In this document: piece after piece, positions 40,858-52,440 of the stretch
Numbering within the stretch: position 1 is the stretch's first letter
How the letters are laid out: the number at the start of each line of letters is the position of its first letter
Program-made: the position numbers and the translations under genes
The notes under the pieces: generated by a model
Told to the model about the DNA's origin: nothing
Database searches by the model: none
The model's input: the letters and a program-made list of their open reading frames with translations, nothing else
Source of the DNA: Camelus dromedarius
Lineage: Eukaryota
DNA: 64,000 bases
Assembly (NCBI RefSeq): GCF_036321535.1
Contig: NC_087437.1
Span: 115,632,001 to 115,696,000, forward strand
Direction: 5' to 3'

Positions 40858-41296
40858 CAATGACAGATTGAGATCATACTGGAGTAATCATGGTCCAGGC
40901 GTACAAAAAGGAGTCAGGTGGCCGTGAGGATCTGATCTCAGACATGTCCCTGCACCCCTGAGGACTTGAATTCCCTGTGAACTGTGCCAAACTCAGGGGC
41001 ACCATCAGCCATTGTTAAAATGGCACCTGCCGGCTGCGACCTTGTGGTCTCAAGGTTGCTCCTCCTTGTAACCATTCCTTCTTGCCAGCTCCCATGACAG
41101 TTCTTGCTAAACAACTCATGTAACTAACCATGGCCTTGCAGTTTTTGCCTTTATAAACTTGCTCCAATTTGAAGTCAGGTGCAACACAATTCGGGTGCTT
41201 CTTGAATCTGTGTCTCCTGGGCTGCGGTCCTAACAGACCCCAAATAAATACCTCTCAATTTCAATCAGGTCCCCATTTTGGAAATTCTGGCTGACA
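40858..41296 (+). mobile_element. Solo ERV-type LTR (about 440 bp)
   Basis: TATAAA at 41152-41157, AATAAA at 41243-41248, and an end reading ggctgaCA. Candidate 4-bp TSD ACCA at 40854-40857 and 41297-41300. Confidence 0.7.
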
Positions 41297-42046
41297 ACCA
41301 ATACTTCTTCTCGTTTCCAGTTTCATCCTTGTGTTGGTTACTTTCCCCTAGGTTCTTCATCATGGATGTCCTTGTGCCCGTGGGGCTCCAGCAAGCAGGT
41401 GACTTCTGGAGACACGAGCCTGCATTTTGAGAACTGAGTTGAGTATCCCTGCTTCTCTACCGCTGTGTCGGTATTTAATTTGTTATTCTTTATGTCTGGA
41501 GTACAACCCCTGGAAACTTCACGTGGTTCACTAACTGTCCTTTAAAAATTAACACATATATCATGTATCACATTTTACAGAACCAGAAGTTCCTGATTGC
41601 TCTTCCTCATTAAATCCAGGGCTGAAATAAATTTTAAATAGGATTTAAAAAGTTAAAAGATTGCACATGACTTAAAATAAGGGTATTATTATTATTTAAA
41701 TAAAGCAAAATTCACATTACATAGAATCAACCATTTTAAAGAAGGGCATTACTCTTTTTTTTTTTAAAGCCCCCTCCTTTCATGAACATGAATTAGTTTC
41801 ATGAATTAGTCTTTCTTTTTTATAAGCCACTTTGTTTCCCTCCGCATTCTTAGCCTCATGATTTGATGAGACTGAAACCCAGCCTCAGCTCCCGGGGAGG
41901 CTCCCTACGTCAGTCAGGGAACCCACGTCTCTGGCCACCAATAACCGGTCCAAGGAAGGACACGTAAACGAGTCAGAACCCAGGAGAGGCAGAGAGACCT
42001 TCCTGGGCTTGTGGACTGGGAGGCAGTCTCTCCTTGTTCTGCCTAG

Positions 42047-42262
42047 AGAGGGATAAATTGGGAGTTCGAGATTTGCAGATACTAGCTAATATACATATAA
42101 AACAGATAAACAACAAGCTTATACTGTATAGCACAGGGAACTATATTCAATATCTTGTAGTAACTTAGGGTGAAAAGAACATGAAAACGAGTATATGTGT
42201 GTTCATGCATTATGCTGTACACCAGAAATTGACACAACATTGTACACTGTACTTCAATAAAA

Positions 42263-42264
<2 letters not shown>
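42047..42264 (+). mobile_element. 5'-truncated young L1 3' end
   Basis: gggataaattgggagttcgagatttgcagatac...ctgtatagcacagggaactatattcaatatcttg...tacttcaataaaa; same family as 58522-58757. Confidence 0.88.

Positions 42265-42294
<30 letters not shown>
42265..42294 (+). repeat. (AC)15 microsatellite at the L1 tail
   Basis: Read directly from the sequence. Confidence 0.97.
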
Positions 42295-42297
<3 letters not shown>

Positions 42298-42774
42298 TAA
42301 GAAGGACCCTCTCTCTTCCATTGGATGATACAATATGAAGTAGGGATTAGAATTCCAGCAATTGTGTGTTTTTTAAAGTTTTAATTAAAAATTTTTTGTT
42401 TTCTTTTTACCTTTTGATCTTTGGTCTTTCTTTTCTACCTTTTTCACTATTAGTCTTAATTTACTCTAGTAAGTGGCCAGCCAGCTACTTCTTCCATCTT
42501 AAATGTTATGTAAACTGTACTTCAGGCTTCGCCTGCGTCACAGGGGGAAGGAGGAGGGAGAAGCAGCCCAGAGTGGTTAGACACAAAGGGGAGCGGGAGG
42601 AACTGAGAGAGGAGAGGACTGGAGAGGCAAGAAGCTCCCACGCCATCACTCCGTGGCTGCCCTCTGCTCCCCGCCTGGGCTCCCCTGGCTGGGGTGGGTC
42701 TAATGAGGACTCTGTTCTGGGGAGACGCTAATGCTCCCCAGCATCTACCAGTTCAATCAGTTTCTAATGGCATG

Positions 42775-43136
42775 TATGGTCAGCCCTCCGCATCTGAGGG
42801 TTCTGCACCCATGGATTCACCAACCTCGGATAGAAAATATTTGGAAAATAAGAGTTCCAGAAAGTTCCAAAAAGCAAAACTTGAATTTGCCACATACCAA
42901 CAACTATTTACATAGCATTTACACTGTATTTACAACTATTAACACAGCATTTACGTTGTATTCAGTATTATAAGTAATCCAGAGATGATTTAAAGTATGT
43001 GGGAGGATATGTGCTGGTTATATGCAAATACCATGTCATTTTGCATGAAACTTTTTGAGCATCTTGGGATTCTGGTGTCCTGGGATGGGGGGTGGGTCCT
43101 GGAACCAATACCCCTCGGGCACTAAGGAACAATTGT
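42775..43136. mobile_element. Tigger3-like TcMar DNA transposon MITE
   Basis: gtcagccctccgcatctgagggttctgcacccatggattcaccaacc...gtcctggaaccaatacccctcggg resembles Tigger3. Confidence 0.85.
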
Positions 43137-43424
43137 TAATCTTGGAACTAGTGGAGGAAAGACGGAACAAGCAATAAGGATTTTTTGCCCCCCATTTCTA
43201 CTTTTTTTGCCTTTGCCTCTTCAGGTGGGAGGTGAAGATACTGAAAGCACTTGACTTTGACCCCAGTCTTAAATTTCTTATCTTTTCACTCAGGCTTGGG
43301 GCCTTTTCTAACTTGTGAGATGCTTCTGTTTGACCAGGGTGGTCACTAATCCCCTCCCTCCCACATCCCGGCAAGCCCCAGACTCGCTGCGGGTCCGCAA
43401 GCCTCGGTCCACAAGCAAGAGTCT

Positions 43425-43870
43425 CTGGCGGTGGTCTGGGGATGCCCGGGGGTCCCTGAGATACTGCAGAGGGTCTGCAAGGTCAAAACTATTTTCCCCA
43501 GTAATTCTACCATGCTTTTAGCTTCTGTTCACTCTCGTGAGTGTGGTGTGGGTTTTCCAGAGGCTACATGATGTGTGCGACCCCAACAGACTGAATGCAG
43601 AAGCACGAGATGCCAGCTGGCTTCTATTCAGCTAGACATTCAGGAGATCTGCAAAAATTTAAAATAATGCCACACTTGCAATTTTTTCTTCTGGAAAGTA
43701 TAGTTATTTTTCATAAAATTATGTTATTTACATGAACATGTAATGGATTAGATATTTTAAAAATCACTTTGTTCTAATGTGGTAAATATTGATAGCTTTT
43801 CTCCCCAGCAAAAGCTCTTTGGGGCCCTTCAAGGGGAGCTAAACCAAAAAGCCAGAGGACGGCGGCTCTA
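43425..43870. mobile_element. hAT-Charlie (Charlie4a-like) element
   Basis: gggggtccctgagatac...aggtcaaaactattttc...ttttccagaggctacatgatgtgtg...gactgaatgcagaagca. Confidence 0.7.
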
Positions 43871-44094
43871 GAGTCAAAGTACCCACACTTTCCCACTGCG
43901 CGTCTGTGCTCAGCCTGGTGGGCGTCAACAGAGGCGGTTGCAGAAGGGGACCCACGGGTCTGTGTGGATCTGCCCTGTGAGGTTGCCCGTCCTGGGCCTC
44001 CTCTTGGAGGCACTGAGTCCTTCCAGGGCTGGGTCTTCTGGACCACCTGCCCCCAATTCCAGCCCCAGAAGCACCCTGAGAACATCAGGAGGTG

Positions 44095-44420
44095 TCATTT
44101 GCACTGAGAGATTGAACATACAATGGAGAGACCATACATACATAAAAACAGAGCCGCTGCAGCAACCGGCCCATAACAGCCAGGACTCAGTCAGCAACGG
44201 CCAACTTCCCTAACGTCTGCCCGACTTCCAGCTCAGGACCAACCAGAGAAAGGCGTATGTGCTCTCATAACTAACCACACAGGATGCCCGCTTCTAGTTT
44301 GCTGCTTCCTGCCTCCCTGTGCACAAGCCCGGAGCAGGCCCACCTGAAGCCCCTCTTGTTCACCAAAAGGCTTTCCCACTTCCTGCTTCGCTTGCTTTTG
44401 AGTCTCGGCCAGAGGCCAGC
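44095..44420 (+). mobile_element. ERVL-type LTR fragment (MER68/MER77-like)
   Basis: gacttccagctcaggaccaaccagagaaag...cacaggatgcccgcttctagtt. Confidence 0.45.
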
Positions 44421-44422
44421 CT

Positions 44423-44848
44423 TATGCGTTGAGTTGTGTCCTCCAGGAATTCCTGTGTTGAAGTCCTGATCCTCGGGACCTCAGAATGTGCCCTTCTTTG
44501 GAAATAGAATCACTGTGGATGTAATTAGCTAAGACGTAGTAGCTAGTAGGGTGGGCCCCTCATCCAATATGACTGGTGTCCATATAAAACGGAGAAATTT
44601 GGACACAGATCTGCACAGAGACCCAGGGATGCATTTACAAGTCAAGGAACACCAAAGGTCACCGACAAGCCACTGGAAGCTAGGAGGGAGGCCTGGGACA
44701 GATTCTCCCCAGCACCTTCCAGGGGGAGCATGGCTCTTCTGATTCCCCGATCTCAGACTCCAGCCTCCAAAGCTGTGAGAGAATTCCTCTCTGCTGTCTG
44801 AGGCCCGCAGCGCGTGGTGCCTTGTTACGACAGCCAGAGCAAACCAAG
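44423..44848 (+). mobile_element. MLT1C/D-like MaLR LTR
   Basis: gttgagttgtgtcctcc...tgttgaagtcct...tcagaatgtg...tttggaaatag...ccagcctccaaagctgtgagagaat...ttgttacgacagcc. Confidence 0.88.
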
Positions 44849-46807
44849 GCAGCCGGGGATGGTGCAGATGCCCCTCTTGCTGCAGCAAGTTCTGACAAAT
44901 GATAGCCCTTGCCTGCTGTCACTGGGTGGTCTTCATCTGTTTCCACGGCACCCACAGCCCTGCTGTGGGAAGTCAGGCCTGCAGATGGAGTTAACACGCC
45001 CCCAGGCAGCCAGGCTTCCGGAGGGCGGATGGCTGCTGGCAGCCTTTTCCCAGGCTTTGAGCACTGGGCCTTGACACGGCCCCGGGGATGACCTGAGATG
45101 GTCCCATAGGAGCTGGACTGACCGTGGGGTTGGCCCCAGCGCTGCTCTGCCATCACCTCTCTGGCTGGTGACCAAAGAGCTTCCCAGGAGGCAGTGTGGG
45201 GCCCAGGCCTGGCTCCGGGCGGTGGTATCCTGACCCCGCAGCCGGCCTCACCCAGACTCCCAGGCTGCGGGTGCTTGCAACGCAGTGGTAACCCTGGAAG
45301 TCTGTGCTGCTGTTTTCTTCCCATTTTGTTAAGTGTTTGGGGTTCTTTCAGAGGTGTCCGTTTGGCCTTCCAGGTGGTTGGGGAACACGGCCTCTTGCCT
45401 CCCACAGCAGGCGGAGGCTGACTGGAAACAAGTTATTTTGAGATGGGCACGGGCTGTACAGATAACAGTATTTTACTGCCGGAGTCGTGTGAGCAATGTT
45501 GGGGTTGGGGGAGAAGAATGTAGATGAGTTTAAAAATAGAAGGCTGTAATTAGCCAAGCACAGATTTGTTCTAGAAGGCATCGATTACTACAGCAACCAC
45601 ACACCCCAGATTCTCCAGGACAGTCTTCATTCTGTGAAATTTGATTCTTTTCAGTAAAGGTGATCTGTTAAAAGTCTGCATGTTACTTAATGCTATGGAA
45701 TTGTATGACGTCACACACAAATTAACTCACAAATCCAAACAGCACCTTGTCCTGTCATCACTCATTTTCTTCTTTTTTTCTTTTTTCTGTTTTGAAGATA
45801 CGGGCATTGCGGCTGTGGTCCTTCCCATGGGTTAAGGACTAGCTATGAAGATAAGAATTCAGGAGGGTGTGTGAGACATGGGGCCGCGGAGAGGGTGTGA
45901 AGCGGGGAGTTTGGCTTAAACTTCTTGGCTGGAGAGCTGGACATTTTTTATTGGATGTAAATTCAAAGGGCTCATTTTCAAGTGTTCTGTATGCTGCGTC
46001 TCACACAGTTCCAGAGTGGCTGTGCAGGGGACACTTGTGTGAGCCGCTCCGGGCGTGGGTTATTACGGCTTACCCACAAAGTGATGGGTGTGTGATGAAT
46101 GAGATTTGTACAAATGCATCCCTGCAGAGCCCAGAGCCTGGAGCTTGGGACCAGAGGGACCAGAGTCCCCCGGGTGGCCCCAGAATGGTGCCAGGCAGAG
46201 GATAGGAAACCATCGTTTCATTTTCTGCCTCAGTTCTCAGGGGCGGTGATGGTTTTGTTGGCCGGTAGATGAAGGGGGAAGGAGGCCAGCATGAGTCCAG
46301 GAAGTGAGGATACTGGGGTTGGAGATGGGAGACACCCACTCAGTGCTGCTGGATGGTCATCTTAGCACCAGAAACCTACATTTTGGAAACTTGAATGCTC
46401 ATTGCTATTTGTATTTTCAATAAGGATTCCCGTTAGTTTTCTGCAGTCTTAGTTTTATTAATATTCTTTTGCAAATATCAGCTAATTTTGGTTATCCTCA
46501 GGGGATAAGAGGAGAGAGACTTTGATCTAGGGCTGGAATTTTGATGGGCATTATGGAAATCGGAGTTAAAAGGAAACCAGTCCTAAGGGAAGATGACTCT
46601 CGGAGGAAAGAGCCGGGGAGCCCTGGAGATGAGTTGAAAACGCACCTCTGTCTACCAGCGTCTCCTCTCCACCGCTTCTCTGCTTGAACTTCCCAGGGGT
46701 TTGCACTTTGGTTTTAAAAGGAAGCTGTTCTGCGTCCTGACTGTGCGCTGCCCCAGGTGGTGGCATCTCAAAAAAACTTGCCTCCAACACTACCTTTCCT
46801 TTGTAAA

Positions 46808-46995
46808 ACAGTTTCTCAGCGTGTGACTTACCACTAGCATCCGAAGCTCCTGGAGGGCTGTGAATCCCAGAATTCCAGCTTCTTCTTCAGACTGAACGTC
46901 TGAATCAGAATCTCTGGATCCCTGGGCCGAGGGATCAGCATTTTCAGCACACATCTAATTGATTTTTAAGCACACCAAAGATTAGGAACCACTAC
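46808..46995. mobile_element. MER5-like hAT MITE
   Basis: cagtttctcagcgtgtg...tctgaatcagaatctctgg...aaagattaggaaccact. Confidence 0.7.
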
Positions 46996-48729
46996 TGCAA
47001 AATCTCAAAGTGTGCAGCTGAACCCTGAACCCAGTCTTACCTCTGCAGTCTTGGATCATTTCAGGAGAGGATCATTTCAGACCTCCAAGGCCACATGCCC
47101 GCATTCCTTCTGCTTGAGTGGCGGAGGCACGTGTCTGTGTTTATAAGGCGAAGGCCCAGCCAAAAGATAACCACAGGGCTCGTGCCCTCAGTGGGACGCA
47201 GAGACGTGCACTGTTTCCCAAGACAGTGACACCAAACCCTGCTGATGACCGTGTCTAGATGTGTGCGTGGCTCCACGGCCGTGTACAGAACGCGGAGGCC
47301 TGGGGAAGGGTCTGAGGGATGACAGCACGTGCAGGGCGCCCCGACCGCCCCCGTGCTGATCTGTAAGGTCACCACGTGTCTGCGTCTGTCTTTGGAGGGC
47401 GCCCAGCTCAGTGTGGTGAACAGCTGATAAATGCTGGTACCCTGAGCGGTTGAGCCTTAACTTTTGCAACTGGGGGGCAAACATCTGGAATGGTTTCCTG
47501 TGGCAATGGGACTGTTGTTAGTCTTACAGATAGAAGCAAAGGATGAACCATGGAAACTCATTAGGTTCTGCTGGAGATTTACCAGTCACGCCCAGACAGG
47601 TAAATCAAGGTCAGTCCTGCCCCCATGCCACGCCCTCTTCCCAGATGTCAGCTTCTTAGCCATTTCTTGATTTCTCCATCCGAAGCAGCACACTCTCTCA
47701 TCCCTCACCCTGATTTACTCTTCCTCAAAGCCCTCCTAAATGCACCTGTTCAGCATCAATCCTCTCACTGGAACCTGCGCCCCCAGGGAAGGCTCTCAGG
47801 TGGTCCTGATCATCATAGGATTCTCGGGGCCTGGAGTGGTCCTGGCCTGTGGCAGATGCTGACAGAGTGTTGAATGAATCGATGGAAGACAAGATGCCCA
47901 GAGGAAGAGCCATGGGCTCCTTCGCGCCCCTCTAAGTGTTACCTGCTCACTGGGGCAGGAACTCTCCAAGTTCATGCTCCTAATGAATCTGAGCTATGTA
48001 AGAGTGCCTGGCAAACCTGGTTGGATACAACAGGTGCGTAAATCTGCAGTTGTGGGCTGTATACTCCTGTGCCTCTCATCTTTGGGGTGACTCCCATCCA
48101 AATGGAGCCCCCAGGTGGGCTCCACAGTGAACCACACGCAGCTCTCAGCTCCCTTTCAAGGCTCTTGGCCCCTCCTACCTGCCACTCATGAAAAGTCTCT
48201 GATTCTTTAAGGCCCGCTTGACCCCGCATGACCCCACAATTCCTTTTGACATCACCAACCCATCCTGACTTTGCTGACTCCGCAGTGCCCACGGCCTTGG
48301 GGCCCATGGTACCCGGGGCAGCTCTGCCCAGCTCTGGGTCCGGTAATGCGAGAGGCAAGTGGGACTGATGGACTCCTGGATGCAGGGGCCCAGGCATCTT
48401 TTAAAATCCCTCGTATCACCTTGTTTGTGTGGGGCACACAGTAGGTGCACGTGGAACCCCCATTGACTGTTTAATTGTTTGGGCTCCGTCCCTGGATACA
48501 CTACGGTCAGTTTTCTCACATCTTCCTCACTTTAGGTGACTAGGATGTGAGGGATCCCCTGCTGAATTTAAAACATGTTTATCAAACAGATGCACAGAGT
48601 TGAAGAACTATCCAGAACTGAAAGGCACAGGATGGTGAGCACTCTCCCTCCCTCCAGTCCTCTCCTCCCACAGAAGTGCTCCCCAGAAAACCATGTCACC
48701 CTTTTAGCCTTTGCTTTTGGGCATTACCT

Positions 48730-49105
48730 CCTGTGTCCGTTTCCCATGGGTGCTTTAAAAATTACCACAAATTTAGTGGCAACAACACAAATCTGTTACC
48801 TTACAGTTCTGGGGATCGGAAATCCGAATGGGTTTCACCGGGCTGACATCTAGGTGTTGGCGGGGCTGTGTTCCTTCTGGAGGGTCCCGGGAGAATCTGT
48901 TTTCTTGTCTTTTCCAGCTTCTAGAGCCTGTCTGCAGTTCTTGGGTCGTGGCCCGGTCCTCCACCCTCACAGCCAGCAGTCACTTCACTCTGACCTCTGC
49001 CTCCAGGGTCTCACCTCACACTCTGACCCTCTTACCTTCCTCTTGGATCTTTTAAGAATCCTTGTGATTACACTGGGTCCAGGGGGCCATAATTTAGCCC
49101 CTAAC
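48730..49105 (-). mobile_element. MLT1-type MaLR LTR
   Basis: aaattaccacaaatttagtggc...ttacagttctgggg...ttccttctggagggtcccgggagaatctgttttcttgtcttttccagcttctagag. Confidence 0.85.
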
Positions 49106-49793
49106 ACTGCGCCTCCGTGTCCTGATCTCTAGAGGTTGTGATGATAACCTTCTAAAAGGCAATTATGGGAAAGAGCTTTGCAGACTGCAGAGTGCTGTGC
49201 AAATAGAAAGAGTTGCTGCTTCCTTTGTCCTCATGACCTGTGCCTGGGCCCCTGCTGTGACTGTTTAGCTCTGGCAGAAATACCAGGCAGAATCAGACCC
49301 CTAGAAGGTGGGGAGAACCAACATGGGGCGGTGGGGTTGGGGCCCGGGATGGCGGCGCACTCTTCCTGCGTCGGGCCTCTCTTCCCTGCTGCCCCTGCTG
49401 TGTGTGCTGACGCTTGCTCAGGGGACCTTCAGTGCGCACCTGCTCTGTGCCATGACGCGGGGAGGGGTTGTGGAGGAGGAGGGAAGGGTGGCCCACACCA
49501 AGATGTAAAAGGCCCAAGAATTCTGGGTGCCTTTGGCCCTCCCGGTACTTAGAAGTGATGGTGTCTTTACTGGGGGACCAACAAGGTTTCTGGTGACCAG
49601 TTTTCCCTTCATTGAATCACATTAGATTCTAACTAATGTTACTGCCCAAGCAAGCATTTGCTGATGGTGGTCGGGGTACCAAAGATGGATTTAGTTCCCT
49701 TTGGCCATTTGCTTCATTTTGATGGTATCATTTGTCAAAATTTATAGACATGCTCTTGCTTTCTGAATCTTCCTTTTATTTCTAGAAAAGTGA

Positions 49794-49817
49794 GGAAGGA
49801 AGGAAGGAAGGAAGGAA
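49794..49817 (+). repeat. (GGAA)6 microsatellite
   Basis: Read directly from the sequence. Confidence 0.9.
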
Positions 49818-51479
49818 GGTCATATTTTTGTCCTCCGATGATAAACGGTAAATCTCCTCCTCGGTGCCCAACCTCGGCTTTGAAATCAGCAGGAGTCTGA
49901 GCAGATGAAGAGACAGGAGTCAAGAGCATGTCCAAACAGAATAACTTTTCCCATTTTAATAATCATGTTTAATGCTTATGTCATCTTGGGGGTTCTTAGT
50001 CTCCACTTTTGAGCCAACACTGTCGATTTATCAACTTGTTTTCTTTTTCCTTTGATTTCATAGTTCTTTCTCATTATTTTCTGACTATGGCTTTGCTTTG
50101 TTTCCTGGAATGGGAAACAGAAGTGGTTCTGATGAATCCTGGGAAAGGCCAGATCTTACTCTCTGATGACCCGGCTGCTCGGAGGGCAGTTTGGCCCGTA
50201 GAGAGCCCTGAGATTCCTGTTCATATCTCTGGAATGTGGTCACATGTGACTGTGAGCAGTCAGTAGGCTCATGTGGTCTCAGAACCCCACAAAGGGCAGA
50301 AAAGCACCCCTTGAAGGCTCGAGGAGTATTAAGTGAGTTAGAGAGACCAGGTCTTAAAATTTCCTGAGTGGTCTGCAAGAAGTGGGAAGACCCCTCTCTC
50401 AGACTCTCTCCAGAGTCCCTGGGCATGGGGACGGAGAGGGCTTCCCTCTTCTGTGTCCTCTCTTCCCTCTTCCTAGGAACTCACCCCTTTAATTTACCCC
50501 TTCTCCTACCAGAAAATCAGGGGTTTAAGGAATTTCACATATTAAAGAATCTGAAGAGGATGATTCTTAATCTCAGAGAATTGCTAGCGGTGGAATTTCG
50601 GGCATTTCCACAGTGTTTTAAATGGTAGGGGGCTTCTAGCTCCCCTGTAGGTGGCTGAAGTCAACTGGTTTGGCTCTACCAAGGTATCGTGTTGGGCCTG
50701 AGACAAATGTTCATTTGACATGAATGAATATAAGTTGGGACAATTTTAATATCCCTTAGGATTTCCCTCAGAGAAGTGTATCCGAGGGAGGCCGTTTTTT
50801 CACTCCTGGCCAGCTCTGTGGTCAAGAAGCGGCCCCTCATAGCCAGAGCATTCTCATGACGGCTGGAGCCCACAGTCCGCCTCCTCCTTCCTCCAAGCCC
50901 AGTGTGAACAAGGTGCTGGGGCAGGAAGGCTGGGTCCAGGGGCAGCGCCAAGGCCACGGGCATGTAAGGGGCTCTGGTGGGTCCTGCTGACAGGTTGTCT
51001 TCTCCTGGGGACCCGAGGTTGGGTTCCACAGCGGGCACACCTGGGACAGGGGATCAAGCACGCAGCCCATTCCCTGACAAGCGCACGGGGGCACTGAGCC
51101 AAGCCTTTCCCTTCAGACCTCCGGGCCCAAGTGCGGGCCTGAGGATGGGTCACTCAGCAGCGGTATTACGATTGGACATCCCACGCAGCTGAGATGTAGA
51201 GTCTGGCTTTATGCAACTTTGGGCAAGTTCCTCCTACCCGTCTGGGCCTGTTTTCTCATCTCTAAAGTGGGGAAGGCAAAGCCTGCCCTGCAGGGTCGTT
51301 AAAGGATAGGAGAGATGGGGGAGACACTGGCGCCTTTGTGGGATTCGCAGACACGAGCTGCTCTCATTACCACATCTTCTCAGATGAGGTTGACTCCGGA
51401 TTTACTGCTGGAATGTTCTTCCATGCCTCAAGGGTTTCAGTGGGCGGAGTGCAGAGTGATGACAAAGACGTTTAAACGC

Positions 51480-52440
51480 AGGAAAACCACAGGAAGCCTC
51501 CACTGACGCCGGCTAACCCAGCTACCACTTGAGGCCCTGGCAAGTGCTGGTCAAGGGCCTGGAGGCGACAAGATGACACCAGGGCGGTGTGCAGGCCCGC
51601 AGGGCGCGGCTGTCCCGGCGGGGAGCGGGCAAGCCGGCTGCAGGCCCCTCCGGCGCTCTCGTCCTCGCCCCTTGCTCTGGGGAGCCCCCTGCACTCTGTG
51701 CGGGAGCCACGGCGAACCGCAGCCTCGGTACTGAGGCGTGACTCCAGCCGGCGCAGGACAGAGGACGAGCTGTCAGACCAGCTCTCGCGATAAGACCCTC
51801 GCAGGGGTGGTGCCAGCGGCCGATCGCCACGTTGGGCGGAGCTACGAGGCGGAAGAGACGCCCGGGCTGCCGAACACGTGATCGCGCTCTCGGGGCGCCG
51901 ATTGGACAGACGCTCCCTGGCCACGCCCTGAGGGCCAGGTCATTCCTCCCGGGAGCCGCGGGAGAAGTGGCGCCCGCGCGCTCACTTGGGTGGGGCAGTT
52001 CGGCTGTCCTGCAGACCAAGTCAATTATGGGTCCGTCCTGCTGGGTCTCCGGTGGCGGACACCTCAGCTGTGCTGAGCTTGGCGTCCTGCCGGGCAACTC
52101 TCCGGCAGGGCTTTCCAGAGCATGCTCCAGGGCTCCAGGCGTGCGCTAGGAAAGCAAGCCCTCCGCGCGGGGTCACACCCCCGCTGTCGCCTGTGTCGCG
52201 GTGCGGGAAGCCGGCTCTCACCGCCCTGAGGGATTCTCCCAGGAGAATCCTTGCAGAGGTCATCTTCCCCTCCCCGCAGTATCCGAGCCCGGCCCCAACT
52301 TGCTTTTCACTCTTGTTCCCCCTGGGGGACGCAGATCGGACCTCGAACGCCCCACTCCTCCCCCGCCTGTCCCGGGTTCCCCAAGTTGGATCGGCAGGGA
52401 GGACTCTACAGTGAGACCTCTTCTGTGACACGGGTGCAGG
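51480..52440. promoter_or_regulatory. CpG island with promoter-type motif cluster
   Basis: About 1 kb of GC-rich, densely CpG-containing, non-repetitive sequence. Motifs: TCTCGCGATA 51783-51792, GGGCGGAGC 51834-51842, GCGGAAG 51849-51855, CACGTG 51875-51880, ATTGG 51901-51905. Confidence 0.8.

Noticed and set aside
44680..45405. 241-aa minus-strand ORF, the longest in the track
   Set aside because: It runs into an MLT1 LTR, has a GC-driven composition, and shows no homology or exon structure I can recognise.
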